Shown piece by piece: positions 13,801 through 26,900 of a stretch of 64,000 nucleotides of DNA (within the stretch, counting starts at the first letter, position 1; every line of letters begins with the position of its first letter). This DNA is from Fonticula alba ATCC 38817 (taxonomy: Eukaryota; Protista; Nucleariida). The position numbers and the translations under genes were made by a program. The stretch lies in the NCBI GenBank assembly GCA_000388065.2, contig KB932201.1. One strand, given 5' to 3'. The notes under the pieces were generated by a model that was not told the DNA's origin, made no database searches, and was given only the letters and a program-made list of their open reading frames with translations.

Positions 13801-16800
13801 TGACACGCTCGAGGAGAGCCTGTGCCGCGGCCGTGGTGGTGATGTCGGTCGAGGTGGCACCGGCGGCGACGGAGCCGGAGGTGGCACAGGCGTCGGCGGT
13901 GATGAGGACAGTGGCACCGGCGGCAACAGGGCCATTGTCATCATCGCCCAGGCCGCCTCCGGAGGCCTTCGGGGCACCCTCAGTATCACTGATGTCTGAC
14001 GTGCTGAGGACCGGGGCTTCGAGAGCCTGGCCGACGGAATCGACGAGACTGCTTGCAGCCGTGCCAGCAGACCCGGCGATCGTGGCCGCGGATCCCGGGG
14101 AAGAGGACAGCCCGGGAGAGGAGGCAATCGAGGAGGCAGTATCCTCGGCCTTGGCCTCCTCCGAGTTGGTCGCGTCCTGCTCCTGCTGCTCGTGGCCCTC
14201 CTCCTCGTCCTGGTCCTCTTCGTCAGCCTCCTCGAGGGTGGTCCACTCGGGCAATTGCTGACGACTACCAGGTCCAGCACTGGCGCCAACACCAACGCGT
14301 CCCTGTCCCGAGCGCCAGCCCGAGAAAAGGACGTTCGGCTCGCTGGCTCGGCGGCCAGTTTGCCAGACAACATTCCGCATGAGCTTATGCATCTGGACTT
14401 CATGATGCTGGGCCGCGTGTGCTTCGTTCAAGTCCGCCGCAAAGGAGTCCGACAGGGGAGACGGGTCATCATGGTGACCGCTGGCCGGGGGCGAATGCTC
14501 CGGCGGCGGGGTCATTCCGGGACCGCTGTCGGCCGGTGGCGACGGCTGGACATCGGCCGCGGCCGGCGAAGGGCTGGGCGAGGCGGAGATGGATGATGTG
14601 CCGCCAGTGACGACGCTGGCATCCGCGCCGGGGGCCGGCCGACGCTTGACTTGCACACTGTCATAGTGCTGGCCCTCGTTCAGGGAACAGAGGTAGAGGC
14701 AATGCGGGTGGTTGCCCGAGGTGAGGATGATCGGCGTGCGCGGACCGACGTAGGTGACGATGTCGCGGCTGAACCGGGGGGCACATTGTTGATGGTCAGA
14801 CAATCGAAGGGGGAAGGGGATGTGGCAGCGGTGGCAGATGACACACCTGTAGAGTTCGGAGATGATGTCCAGCTCAATCTGCGTGGTGTGAGGGACGCGA
14901 TTTTGGGCAAGCTGCTCGATGAAGGTATCCAGGAGGAGGCGCGCGTCGATGGGGCTCGGGCTGCCCTTCGAGGAGGGGGTCTCCTCGGTCTGGGCATCCG
15001 GCTCTTCGGCTGGGAGGTCAGCCAGCTTGTCGGCCAAAAGGCGCACATACGTGTCAGCCTGCTCACGAAGGTGGCTGATGACACTGGCCTGGATCTGGTC
15101 AACCGGGATGTCAAGCTGGGGTTTTTTTTTGGGAGCCGGAGGAGGGGAAGAGGGATGGATGAGTAGGTCAGGAGGAGCACAGGCAAGGCGAGGAAGCAAC
15201 TACACCGGAAAGGGAAGCATGGGCGCGAGTGCAGATACAACTTACCTGAGCCGATACGGCACGATACTGGACAGGGGGAGGGGGAAAGAAGGGGCAGGAG
15301 GCACAAAGAGCAAGGGGAATTGAGGGCGGGTTAGGCGGCAACATATACACACTGGAAGTGCTGATGGATCTCTGGACAGCGCGCGTGACAGGAGAGGAGG
15401 AAGAGAGAGAGAGAGAGAGAGGAGGGGGGGGGGAGTAGCGGAACGCACAAGAGACCCGGGGCCGAAGGGGATGCGCAGGCGCTCAAGGGCCTGCTGCGAG
15501 AGGAAGTTGTCCAGCTCGGTCAGCTGTGCACGCACTGCCTCACTGGCCACCGCATCGAAATACTGGTTGCCATCGGCATCGGCGGTGGGGGTGGAGGTGC
15601 CGCTGCCGCTGCCGCTGCCGGCCGGGGAGGACGAGCCGTGGCCAGGCGCCAGGACGTCCTCGTTTTTGGAAAGAGCACCAGCGGCTGTGGGGAGGAGGGC
15701 CATCGCCGCCGGGGCTGCACTGCCTCCATCGGCCGCCAGGGGCGATGGAGGGGTGGCCGGCCGAGAGATGGACATTGACGAGGTCAATGGGCTGCTTTGT
15801 GAGGGGGGATGCTGCTGCTGTTGGCCGGCGGTGCCGGCCCCGAGCCGAGCCAGGGTGGCCGGATCGGTAGCCGGAGCCGACATGTGCATGTGGTGATGCC
15901 CAAGTAGGTGGTGGTAATGCCCGCCAAGCGGATGGCCGGCATGGCCGCCATTGAGGGGGTGTGTCAGGTAGGGACCGCTCGGGCCGAACAGGTCATCTGT
16001 CGGATGGTGAGGATGGTGGGCATGGTGAAAGGCGAGCCCCGAAGGCCCGGGAACCGTGCTGGCCGAGGGGGGTGGCACCCCGAGCGAGGAGAAGATGTAT
16101 GAGCTAGGGCCGGCGCCTGACAGGAAGGGCGGCCCACCTGGGGAAAGACCACCGGCAAGGGGATGGTCCCCGGCATTCGGGGGACTCAGCGCCAGGCCGG
16201 CCGCATGGAAGGTGCTTTGGGCGCCGCCGGAAAGGGATGGCCGACGGCCGCCACCGCCGCCGCCGCTAAACATGGACAGCTGCGTGGGCAGCGCGGAGTT
16301 TGGGCCACCGGTGAAGGGGTCGGAGTTGGCGGCGGCCGCCGCGGCCAGGGACAGACTGCCGGAACGCGCGCGAAAAGCCGGCGTCGGTGAGGAGGAGGCC
16401 ATGGGGATGGCCGCGGTGCGAGAGCCGCTGCGACTGCGGGGCCGGCTGGAGGAGCCGGCTCCACCGCCGGAGGGACCGCCGCCGCTGCCGCCGCTGCCGC
16501 CGCCACTGTTGCCGGTGCCGCCCGGCCCGGTGCCATGGCCAACGGAGGCGGACATCAATGGCGCGCGCATCATCCGCTGGTTGCTGATGCCGGAGGGGCC
16601 GGCGCCGGAAAAGCTGGCCCGCCGAGCCGACGGGAAAACCAAATTCCCCGAGGAGAAGGACATGCCGCCGGCACCGGCCTGCCCGGGGCCCGGGAGCGAT
16701 GGGCCGCCACCAGGGCCGCCATACCCGTGATGGTGTGGATGGGGAGGGTGCGGATGCTGTGCCGTCGGTGGCATCTGCTGCGGCGGTTGCTGCTGCTGCT

Positions 16801-17038
16801 GCTGCTGCTGCTGCGAAGGATGAAGGTGAGCGCTGTTGGGGCCGCCTGGCGTGCCGCTCAGGCCCAGATGCCCACCAGGGCCGGGGTAGTGGAGGCTGCC
16901 ATTGCCCGGGAGGCCGGGCTGCTGCTGGGTCGGGTTGAAGCCCGAGGGGTGGATTGGCGGGACGAAGCTACTCGGCGGCGGGGAGGGCGTGTACAGCGGG
17001 AAGGGCGGGAGGAAGGCCGAGGGGGAGGGCATCGACAT
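10838..17038 (-). CDS. ~1880-aa protein: N-terminal disordered region, OTU-like domain (Cys->Ser), split cold-shock domain, His/Gln/Gly-rich tail
   Basis: Exons 17038-15449, 15266-15246 (21 nt), 15115-14847, 14768-13348, 13185-10838; the last two introns (78 and 162 nt) are in-frame and stopless. OTU: LDNFLSQQALERLRIPFGPGSL/YRAVSAQ/LDIP...SHLRE...QIELDIISELY...NEGQHYDSV. CSD: VGLVKFFNLSRGYGFIVP...DLFVHHTAI...LADGEPVEY...KGPQATKVTG. Confidence 0.8.
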
Positions 17039-17734
17039 GGTGTCGGCTGCCTTCGAAGGAGGAAGAAGAGGTGGAAAGAGCCAGGGATGTCGGGGGGGGG
17101 GGAGGGGGGAGGGAAGGGAGAGAGCGAGACGGGGAAGGATCGCACGCGCGCACGCTGACTGACCAGGCCGGGGCCAATCTAGACGGCCGTGCTGCTGCCA
17201 GAGAAGAGGGGGGGTGTCAACCTTGCGTGGGCCTGTGGGGCTTCGTGTGAGTGGGACGACGGTCCAGGCGGGAGGAGGAGAAGGAGGAGGAGAGCGAGGA
17301 GGAGAGCGAGGAGGAGAGCGAGGAGGAGGGAGGGTGTCTGGGGCACGCGTACTAGACGCGAGCGGTGCTCCGAGGGCCGCGGGAGACGAGCGGCGAGTAC
17401 GCCGAGCCGCCAGGGACAGTTGGGCGGAGCGAGGGGAAAGGGGGAGGAGGCGAGATCTCGGGTATGTGGTGGTACGGAAGGATGGGGAGGAGGAGGGGGG
17501 GCTGCAAGGGAGCAATGGGCGGGGGGAGGGAGGAAAGGAGGCGCAAGGGGAGGGAGGGAGGGAGGAAGGGAAACAGGCGGGAAGCACTCGTCCATCAGGG
17601 CAGGTAGCAGGCGCATGCGGCGGAGCGGCCACTCGGCTGAGTCAGGGACTTGCTGACGGGGCGGGCGACGATGAGGCCGCGCAGACTAGCCGGCGACAAT
17701 CCTCGCTGGGCGTATCCACGCCTCGGCCAGTTGG

Positions 17735-17776
17735 CGGGCGGGCGGGCGGGCGGGCGGGCGGGCGGGCGGGCGGGCG
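17735..17776. repeat. (GGGC)n tetranucleotide run adjoining an assembly gap
   Basis: About 10 tandem GGGC units ending at the N-gap 17777-17855. Confidence 0.85.
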
Positions 17777-18540
17777 NNNNNNNNNNNNNNNNNNNNNNNN
17801 NNNNNNNNNNNNNNNNNNNNNNNNNNNNNNNNNNNNNNNNNNNNNNNNNNNNNNNCCCCCGTCACAGGCGGGCCGTAAGAGTGGCATCTGCGCGCCGGTT
17901 ATGGGGGACGTGGCGGGGGCGAGGCCGGGGAGGGGGGGGGGGGCCAAGTTGGATGGGCCGGACGGCGGCCCCGGTAGTGGGGGCAACGGCGGCGCGGGAC
18001 GGAGCACCCCCGGCAGGGGGCGATCCGCGTCTTGACACGGAAGCGCCGGAGCCGGCCGCCAGGACACGCATGGGACGTCGGTCCGGGGCAGACCGGCGCT
18101 CAACCGCGATCGTAGCATCCCCTGGCCGCCCCCGGCCCGGCGCCCGGCCCGGCGGAAGGGACACCCCCGCTTGCCCCTCGCTCTTTCCCCGGAGAAGGGG
18201 GCAAGGCGGGCCCCGGGGCCCGAGGGGAGCGCCGCAGAGGACCGGTCGACTCGGGGGACTGCGCGACCCGAGAACAGGGGGCGCCGGAGCGAGGGGCGCC
18301 CGGGCCGCCATTATGCCGGACACTCCCTCGGGATGCCCTCGAGCACCGCCAGGGGGCGGGGGGGTGGGCGTTTCCCAGCGCCGAGTCTGGGGGGGGGGGG
18401 GGCGAGCTGTGGGCATCTCCATTACCCGGGCCTTCGTGGGCTTGGCCCTCCCCAAGTGGTGCTGTTTGCCTGAGGTCCCACCGCCAGGCCACGGGCCGGG
18501 GCAGATGGGAAAGAGCTACGCACACGCGCAAGCACCCACC

Positions 18541-18572
<32 letters not shown>

Positions 18573-18861
18573 GGCAGCAAGGCTGGCCACGGGGCTGTAC
18601 TCTCCCACCACCGGCTACCCTAGGGCGGTGCGGCGGGGGGGCTCAGCCCGGCGAGAAAAGGGCAAAGACGTCGGTGCCGACCATAACCCGAGGACGGGGG
18701 GGGAAAGAACGAGCCGGAGACAGCCTCCAGGTGCAACCCTGCCTCCGTGTCTACAGCATGCGCGCCCCCCCCCCCCCCCCCCCCCGCCCCCCCATCCCCC
18801 TTCCCCCCCGTCCCTCCCGCCTCCCCAAACAGTGTTCCTCCCCCTCCCCCCCCCCCCCCCG

Positions 18862-18895
<34 letters not shown>

Positions 18896-20687
18896 CACAC
18901 CCTGCACCCGCCGAGAGGCGGGTCTTGTTGCTGGTGTCAGCGCGTGTGATGATCTCCGAGCGCACGGGCAAGGGGTGCAGCCGAGACTTGCCCCCTTGTG
19001 ACGAGGGGCGGGGGCATATTCACAAATATGGCCTGGAAATGAATATACCCAAATATTCTACAAAACTCCAGCATATAAATGTGCGCCATCAGGCCGTGGT
19101 TCCCCCCTCCCATGGACGGCACATGTGCTCCAAGTGCCCGCCCCCGGGGGGGAAAGGGCGTTGATTTTGAGGGGCACGGGGTGCGTGTGTGTGTGGGATT
19201 CTTTCCCCGCCCCCCCTCCCTGACGGAGGGCTGGCGGAAAAAATCGCCGCCATGCATTTCCCGAGGCGCCTTCGGGGAACCAGCTGGTGGCGCCAGGGGG
19301 GGGGGGGGGGGCGGGGGGCGCTGCACCGAGGCCCACGACGCCCATGGGCCTTGGCTTTCAAGGAGAGGAGACACACATATGCGCGCCCGAGACACACCAC
19401 GTCTTTCGGCCACGCCACCGGGGGGGGGGGCGGGTGCAGGGGAGCCGGGGCAGGGCGAGGGCAGGGTGGACATGTTGCCGCCGTCCTTTTCCCCATAAGC
19501 ACACGGGCCGCCCTGGCCCAGGGCGGCGGGGCCGATGGACGACCCACCCGCGTCTGACCTTTGCTCCTGCGCGGCGGGTCCTCGGCTCCTGTCTTTAGTC
19601 TGCCCCCTCTTCGCGCCTCCGTCAAGTGGCAGTGCCCCGGCAGCGGCGTCTCCCTGCTCGGGGATGTACCGAGGTCTCCGCGTCTATGGCCACACATGCG
19701 GCCGGCCGGCCGTCCCCCGCCCCCCCCCGTCTCTCCTTCCGTCCCCCGTCCTCCCCCCGCCCCGGGCAGGCTCAAGGGTCGCTCTGGCCGGGCCCTTGCC
19801 TTTCCTGGGCCCGAGATTAATTGAGCGCCCTCGGTGTCCGGGTGAATCGTTGACTCCCGTTCTTGTCGCGCGAGAGCGACGCGTTGCCTTCTCTCGTCTC
19901 GTCCCGCGGGCATTAAGAAATACCCCTCGCGCGTGTGGCCCCATTCCAACTCCTCGGCGCCGGTGGCTGGGAACCAGGGGCCGGACACCCCGGCGCCGCC
20001 GTGTTACGGCGGCCGCCAGGGCATGCGCGCGCTCACGCGCGTGCGTACGCATGGATGCCTGTACAAGCGCACGCCTGGAGGCCCGGTGCCCCTCTCCCTC
20101 CCCCCCGGGAGGCCGGGCCTCCTCAGGGGACAAGCCCTACACCCTCGCCAGCGACGTCAGACAGCTCCTGCACTGGGGCGGGGGGCCAGGGCGCGCCGCC
20201 TCCCCTCCTGCTATGCCAGGTGGCCTTCCGCACCCTTGGCTGTGTGGCCGGTGGGTGGGGTCGTGGTGTTGGCCCTGCCCGAGCGTCGCGCACCGGCCGG
20301 GGTACCTGTTTGCCGCCGGCTGGCCGCCGGCACGCCGTCCTGGGCTCCCCATGACAGCATCCCGAGGCGATCAGCCCCCGGGCCCGAGGCCGCTGCCCTT
20401 CAGCTGGGCCGACACACCAGCCAGCCGCCCCTCACCGAAGTGGCTGATGCTCCCGAGTCCAAACGCGGCATCGGTGACACCCGCCCCCCCCCCCCCCGCC
20501 CCGCGAGGTGACACCCTGTCTGTGGATCGTGCCTGTGTGCATTGTGCATGGATTGTGCGCGTTGTGCCCTGTGTCGAGGCGGGCGTGGCTGGCAATGTGT
20601 GTATGTGTGTGTCGCGGTTGCCTGGGAGGCAGGCAGGCGTGCCCCCGCCCGGCCCACCCCCGCAGACGCTCTGCCGCAGCTGGCCCG

Positions 20688-20719
<32 letters not shown>

Positions 20720-23700
20720 GAGCTTCTTCCCTCGGCAGGCGTCTCATTCTCTCGCGCGCCTCTGCACCCATGGGGCGAGCCGTGTCCACGAGCATGCAGA
20801 CAGGGGGTCGGCCCCTGGCTCGACCCCGGGCCCTTTTCGCCTGCTGCCTGCCCTTCTCCCTCGCCGCGTTCTACCTCTGCCTCGCTCGGCCCTGCGCTTC
20901 GGAGGCTGGTCTGGCAGTGTGTGTGTGTGGTTATGGTGTGGAGGTCCTGCGGCATTGTCGGCCGCCGCCCCGGTGGGGCTTGTGGATTGTTCGGGCATTC
21001 CTGCCCGCGCCGCGGCATGCTTGAGAGTGTGTGCGCCGCAGTGTGCGACACCCACGCACACCGGGTCCCCCCCCCGGGGGGCTGGGGGCGGGCAGCAGGC
21101 CGGCCGGGAAGGGGTGGGGCGGGCGAGGGGTCAGACGGGGAACCCTCGCCCTCGGCCCCGGGCGAGTGAAACCCATCGGCCAGGAGCGGTCATCCAGCCG
21201 ATTGGACAAAACTCCCGACCTGGCTGGCGATTCCCAGGCACTCTGGCGTGCGCGCGCGCGCGCGCGAGTGTGTTCCCTCAGCGTCACAATCCCGCGCGAC
21301 CTTGGCGCCTGCGCGATATGCCCCACCCTGAGGCAGCGTGAAATCGAGGCGACATTTAGGACCGGCGCGGGCCGGCCGGCAGGCAGGCTCTCGCACCCCG
21401 GAGACCGGACTGGTGCGCGGCGGGTCGCCACTTCTGTCTCGTCCCCTGCCGCGCCGGCGCCGCGTCTCTGCTCAGTGCCCCGGGCAGCCCTCGGCCCGGG
21501 CGCGAGGGGCGAGTCATTTAGCCGGTGCCCGCTGCACCCGCCAGACCCCTCTCTGACTGGCGGCCGGTGGGGGGGGGCACCGCTGGGCGCCCATGCGCGC
21601 TCGGGTCCTGCTCGCACGCCTTGCCCCTCAAGCGTAACCCCCCAAAAAAAAGGTCCGTGGGCAGATTCGGCCTTTCCTTGTGCCCTTCTTTCCTTCCGGC
21701 GGCCTTCTGGGAATCGACCTCGCCCCCCCCCCCCTTTCGCCGTGGACCACCCAGGCGGTGGGCGATCTCTCTGACGCCGCTCCTGAGGGGCGCACGGCAC
21801 GGCACTGAGGCCGGGGCACTGGCAGCGCCTCGCATGTGGCCTTTGCCGGCCGACCGCCCCGCGCACGCCAGGCGCCTCCCCGCTGCCCCCTGTATTTCGG
21901 GCCCCGCTGTGACCGTTTGCGCGGTCGTTCGGTCGGCCGGCCGGCCGGCGAGTTGGTCATCTCCCCGAGGTTTGGCCATCATGCCGCGGAGGATACCTTC
22001 AACTGAGCTCCAGTACCGGGGGGGGGGGGAGAAGGGGCGGGGGTGAGGGTGCACCGGGTGGGGCCACACACGCCCACGCCCACACGCCCACACACACACA
22101 CACACACACACACGTAACGAGAGACGAGGTCCTGCCGTTGCAAGGGTGCCCCGGGGCGGACCGGCCTGGACGAGCACTGGCCGATTGCGCCCCAACGTCT
22201 GGCAGGCTGGATGCTCGGTGGGCGTGGACAACCGGCGTCGTCCCCCGGGGGCGGCGAGGGCCAACAAACGGCCTCGGTCGCGCAGGCCGGCACCAAAATG
22301 AGCGCCTGTCTCCTGCCCCGGCCCCGTGCCGCTGCCCGGTCCCGCTGCCCGGGCGCCCCGCCTTCGCCTCCCTGAGCGCGGCTTCTACCCTGGCGTTTTT
22401 TTTTTTCCCTTCCTGTAGGGGCCCCGGCGCGCCGCGCGTCGGCCCCGCCTCCGGCAGGTCGGCCCCGCCCCTGGCTCCCAGCGCGCCTGATGGTGGCGGG
22501 GCTCTGCCCTTCTCTCGCCCCCCCTAGCCCCGTATCCCGGCCGCCTGGTGCGCTGTGGCCGCAAGGCACCGGGGGGGGGACAGGGCGAACTCACGATCAC
22601 AAGCCAGTCCTGTCTGTTCTCCGGCTCTAATTTGCCTCTTCCAAGGGGCTTTCGGTGGTGCCTGGAGCGCCTGGCATGGGTGCACGCGTGTCCGTGAGGC
22701 AGGGAGGCGCCGGTGCCGGCCTCTCGGGGTCGGGATGTTCGCCAGGACCAGCCCGGCCTCGATGCCGTGTGCCCAGGGGGGTCAGTGTGTTTCAACAGCT
22801 GCCCGGAGGCGGCCCATGTGTGCCCGTTGCCCCTAGCCCCCCCGCCGGCCGGCCGGCCCGCCCCTGCCTCATAAACACACACGTATACGCCCGTGCGCAA
22901 GTCGCGCGAGGAGGGCCGGCCCGAGCCAGAGGGAAAGAGGGGGGTCCCGGGCGAAACGGAGCCCTGGGTCGTGGCTCAGCGGCCTGCAGCAGGGCGAGGG
23001 GCCGGGACACAGTGGCGAGACACGCGCCCGAACGAGTTGCTGGTCTGGAGGGCGCAGCCCGCCCCCCCCCCCCCGCACCCCAAGTCGCGTCCCTACCTAC
23101 TACAAGGGCAGTGGTAGAGCAGTGTCAAGCCCCCTTCCCTGAGGGTCGGGACCTTCCCTTGTGGGGCACTTGGCCCGGCCCCCGGCCTGGGGAGGGAACT
23201 ACAAGAGGGCACCTGCACTGGCTGATCCCCCCCCCGCCCCCCGGAAGGCGGGGCCTGAGGCCCGGTATGAGGCGCGAGCAATGGCAGCGATGCCATGAGG
23301 CCCAGGAGAAGCCTCGACTGAGACCGAGGATTTGCAGGGTATCGCCCCCGACTTCGTTGCTCCCCCCCCGCCGTCGGGCGGTCTATGCGCAGGCGGTGAG
23401 CAACCTTGCGATGCCCCGCCCCCGGCCTTCCCTCCCCGACTCGTGCGACTTTGTCCGCTTGCCCGCGAGTGGCAAGTTGCGATCCACCTGGCCTGCCGCA
23501 ATCCCGGGCTCGGGATCCCCGCCCCTGGTGCGGCGCCGCCCCTGTCCGACTGGGAGGGAGCTCAGCCCCCCGCGCGCGCCCCAGGGACGCCTGGCGCGGG
23601 GCCAACAGCAGCAACGTCGTCTAAAATAACAACAAAACAACCGACATACCACCGGGATGGGCAAAAACCCAAAGGCACCCACTCTCATCCACAAGGACAT

Positions 23701-23934
23701 GGACAACATTCCCATGGGCAGAGGCGCGCATGCGGCCGGGCCACAAGTGCTCATGCAAGGAGGGCACATCCGCGGACGCACGCCACTCTCCAAAATAGCC
23801 CGGCCCAGATGGACCCGCCCCCGTGCGCGCGCGCGCGCGCGCGCCAGGCCGGCCCATTCCGTGGCATTCTGGGGAAGGTGTCCAGATACGGAGCACCCGA
23901 GCCTCACGTGTCCACAACATACACACACATGTAT

Positions 23935-26900
23935 TTAGTCGATCATGGGATCTGCCGCCCCGCCGGCCGCCCGATGGTCCGCCGCCTGCGCCGCGGCCGA
24001 GGCCGACGAGGAAGAGGAGGAGGAGGAGGAGGAAAAGACCGTGGGCGTGGCGGAAAAGGACCTTGTGTGCAGGAGACTCCCCACGCGCGAGGAGATGTGC
24101 TGCAAGTGCGAGGGCTTCACGCGGTTGGCCGAGCCCTTGCCCACCGGGGCGGTGTAGTGCGCATCCGGGGTGGAAAGCCCGCAAATCCGCTCACAGAGCC
24201 CCGACTGGGCGCCAGTCGGCAGGAAGGCCAACATGGCGGCCTGCTCATTGAGAAGCAGGGCAAAGGCCTCGGCCGCGGCCGAGGGAATGGCATCGGCCCC
24301 GATGCATGAGCCCCCGGAGGAAGCCCCCCCGGCCGGCGAGCCCGATGATGACGCCGGCCCGCCACCACCGCCACCGGCCGACCCGGAGGAAGTCGCCGGG
24401 ACAGACTGCGTCGGCGAGCCGGGCGACCCGCCAGCCCCGGCCGAGGAGAACCCACGCGAACCGGCACCCTCAGACCCGGATGCCGATGAAGCACCCGACC
24501 CTGCCGGGCCGTCGGCGGTGGGCGAGGAAAACAGGATGACCAGTCGCCGGGCGGAGGAGGTTCCCGTGTCGGCGGTCGATCCGCTTCCGGTACCACCGCC
24601 ACGGGGAGGGACCACCAGCTCCACAATCGGCTGTGTGGAGGCCAGGCTGCCAACGCGCAGGCAGCTCAGGGAAATCCAAATGAACGAGAAGCTGAAGGAC
24701 TGGGCCGCACTGGGCGACGCAGGGGCCTCCCCGGGCTCCAGGGACCCACCCGACGGTGTGGGGGGGATGTGAATCTGCCCGGTGCTGGCTGCCCGGCGCC
24801 CGTACAGGATGTCCGCCGGCTTGAAAGGCGGGGCCACATTCGACTGGGATGCACCGGGGCCGGTGTCGGACCCGGGCGACGGGTCGACCACTTCGGCCTC
24901 CCCATGCTTGCCCTGCTTCTGGAGGAGGATCGAGTCATTGAAGAGGTAAATCGAATAGGAAGAAGGAAGCTGCTGCGAAGCGGTGTCCAGCATCAGCAGC
25001 ACATTACTGAAGCTATAGATGAGCCGGCGCTCGGGGGTGTTGAGGGACTATGGGACACACGTCGGTATGGGGGGCGGGGAGGCAGCGCGAGCGGCAGCGG
25101 CAGCGCGCGAAATGCCCACCCGGTTGGAACCGCGAGAGGCCAGTGTACAGGGGCAATGCAGGATGTTAGTGTGAGCGCCATGGCAAGGTGTGGCTCCCTG
25201 GATGCCCCCCCCCCTCCCCTCTTCCCTCCACTCACCGCCCATCCGCTTCATGGCAAACGTACAGGGATGCCAGTGGCCGTGGCCAGGGCGCTGATGGCCG
25301 AGCTGGAGCTACTGCCCCCGGACAGGCGGATCTCATTGCTGACGATCGAGGTGTACATCTTCCGCAGGGCCGAATCGGTGACCTCCACCGGGGCGGCCGT
25401 GGTCACCGGCTGCGGGGGGGGAACAAACTTCCGCCCAGGCGAGGCCTCCTCATTGCCGAGAGCGTCCAGACCGGAGAGGGACTTTGAGTGGGTTTGGTGC
25501 AGGTGCTCGCCGGCGATCGGCTGACCGAGGGAGTTCTTTTTGGATTGCTTCTTGCGCGAGGAGCTGGCCACCGGGGAGGAAAACCGCCGACCACCACCGC
25601 AGGAGCTCATGACCGGGGTTCCACCGGACATGGAGGCCATGGTCTTCCGCGGGGGGGCTGCCGTGGGGCTTGAATCGAGCTCCTCCTGGCCGATGGTGCC
25701 ATCCAATGGCACGAGGGCCGAGTCGGTCAGGGAGGCCCCGATGCTCAGCAGCGCATCAATGTCAAAGCTCGACGGATGCCGACACGGCATGTCATCGCCC
25801 GTCTCCAGGGGAGATAGCTGCCCAAGAGCCGGGACACCCACCTGCCCGGCCAGGCTGTCGGTCGAGGCCACCAGAGCCATTACATGATCGATGTCTCGCT
25901 GGGAGGAGGAGCTCGGGCTGGGAGAAGGGGCCCGGGGGCTGCCCGGGTAGGAGTCCCCCCCTAGGGGAGAGGCATCGGCCGCCAGATCGCCGGCAAGCGC
26001 GGTGGCCGTCAGCGCCGGGCTCAGCTGCTTGGCCGCGGCCAGGGCCGCATGCTCGGCGGCCGAGGAGGCGGACGCCGCAGCCCCCTCGGCCGATGCGCCG
26101 GTGCCGCGGCCGCCGCCACCGGCCGACAGGCCAAGCAGGGAGGACGCCGGCGACAGCGGCTCACCATCCGAAATGCCCGCCACCGAGGAGGAGGACAGGC
26201 GGGCATTGGCCGCACCGGCGGCCATGGAATTGCCAACCGAGACCAGATTCAAGACTCGATCGATGTCCTGTGCGCTGGCCAGCGACGCTTGCGAGCCGCC
26301 GAAGGACGAGCAGCTCAGGTGCCCCCCATCGGAGGCCAGCAGCTCGGACCCGGTGGAGGTGAACCCGCCAACGGAGTCAATCGATCCCAGGGAAAAGGAG
26401 GAGGTCGACCCGGCCAGCCGCAAAACATGGTCAATGTCCTGGGCACTCGTCGACCGGGTGCGCTCGGTGGTCCGAGTCAGATACCCATCGTGCTCCGGAG
26501 AATGGCCATCAATCGAGGAGTCTGATGAGGAGTACTCCGAGTCGGAATCCGAGCCGGGCGTCGTGTCCGAGCCGGACATCGACCGGAACCCGACGTCAGG
26601 GGCAGCGGCATCCTCATCACCATGGTGTTGTTCCTGCTGCAGGGCATCGGCAGGAGTGCCAGCCGCTGGCCCTGTAATCTCCGGGTCCTGGGAGGGGGCC
26701 ATGTCCGGGGCGGGGTTGGCGGCGTCGGCGGCTGCCGCGGCTGCCACGGCCGACCGACCGGTGGCGATGGCTGCCGCCTCGGGGGCCAGGCGCGCCAGGG
26801 GCTGGAGCTGTGGCCGCAGTGACCTCCGGCAATTGTCCACGAACTCCGAGCAGGTCATGCGCCGACTGCGAGATGCCTTCAGCTGGGGGCTGTGGGCATC

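Noticed and set aside
15240-15250. ACTTACCTG, resembling the U1 snRNA 5' end
   Set aside because: It is the reverse complement of the CAG/GTAAGT donor of the OTU microexon; no U1 structure follows.
15545-15575. DGNQYFDAVA as the OTU catalytic loop
   Set aside because: It resembles DGNCLFRAV superficially, but the downstream LDNFL...GPGSL/YRAVSAQ segment gives the correct spacing to the rest of the OTU fold.
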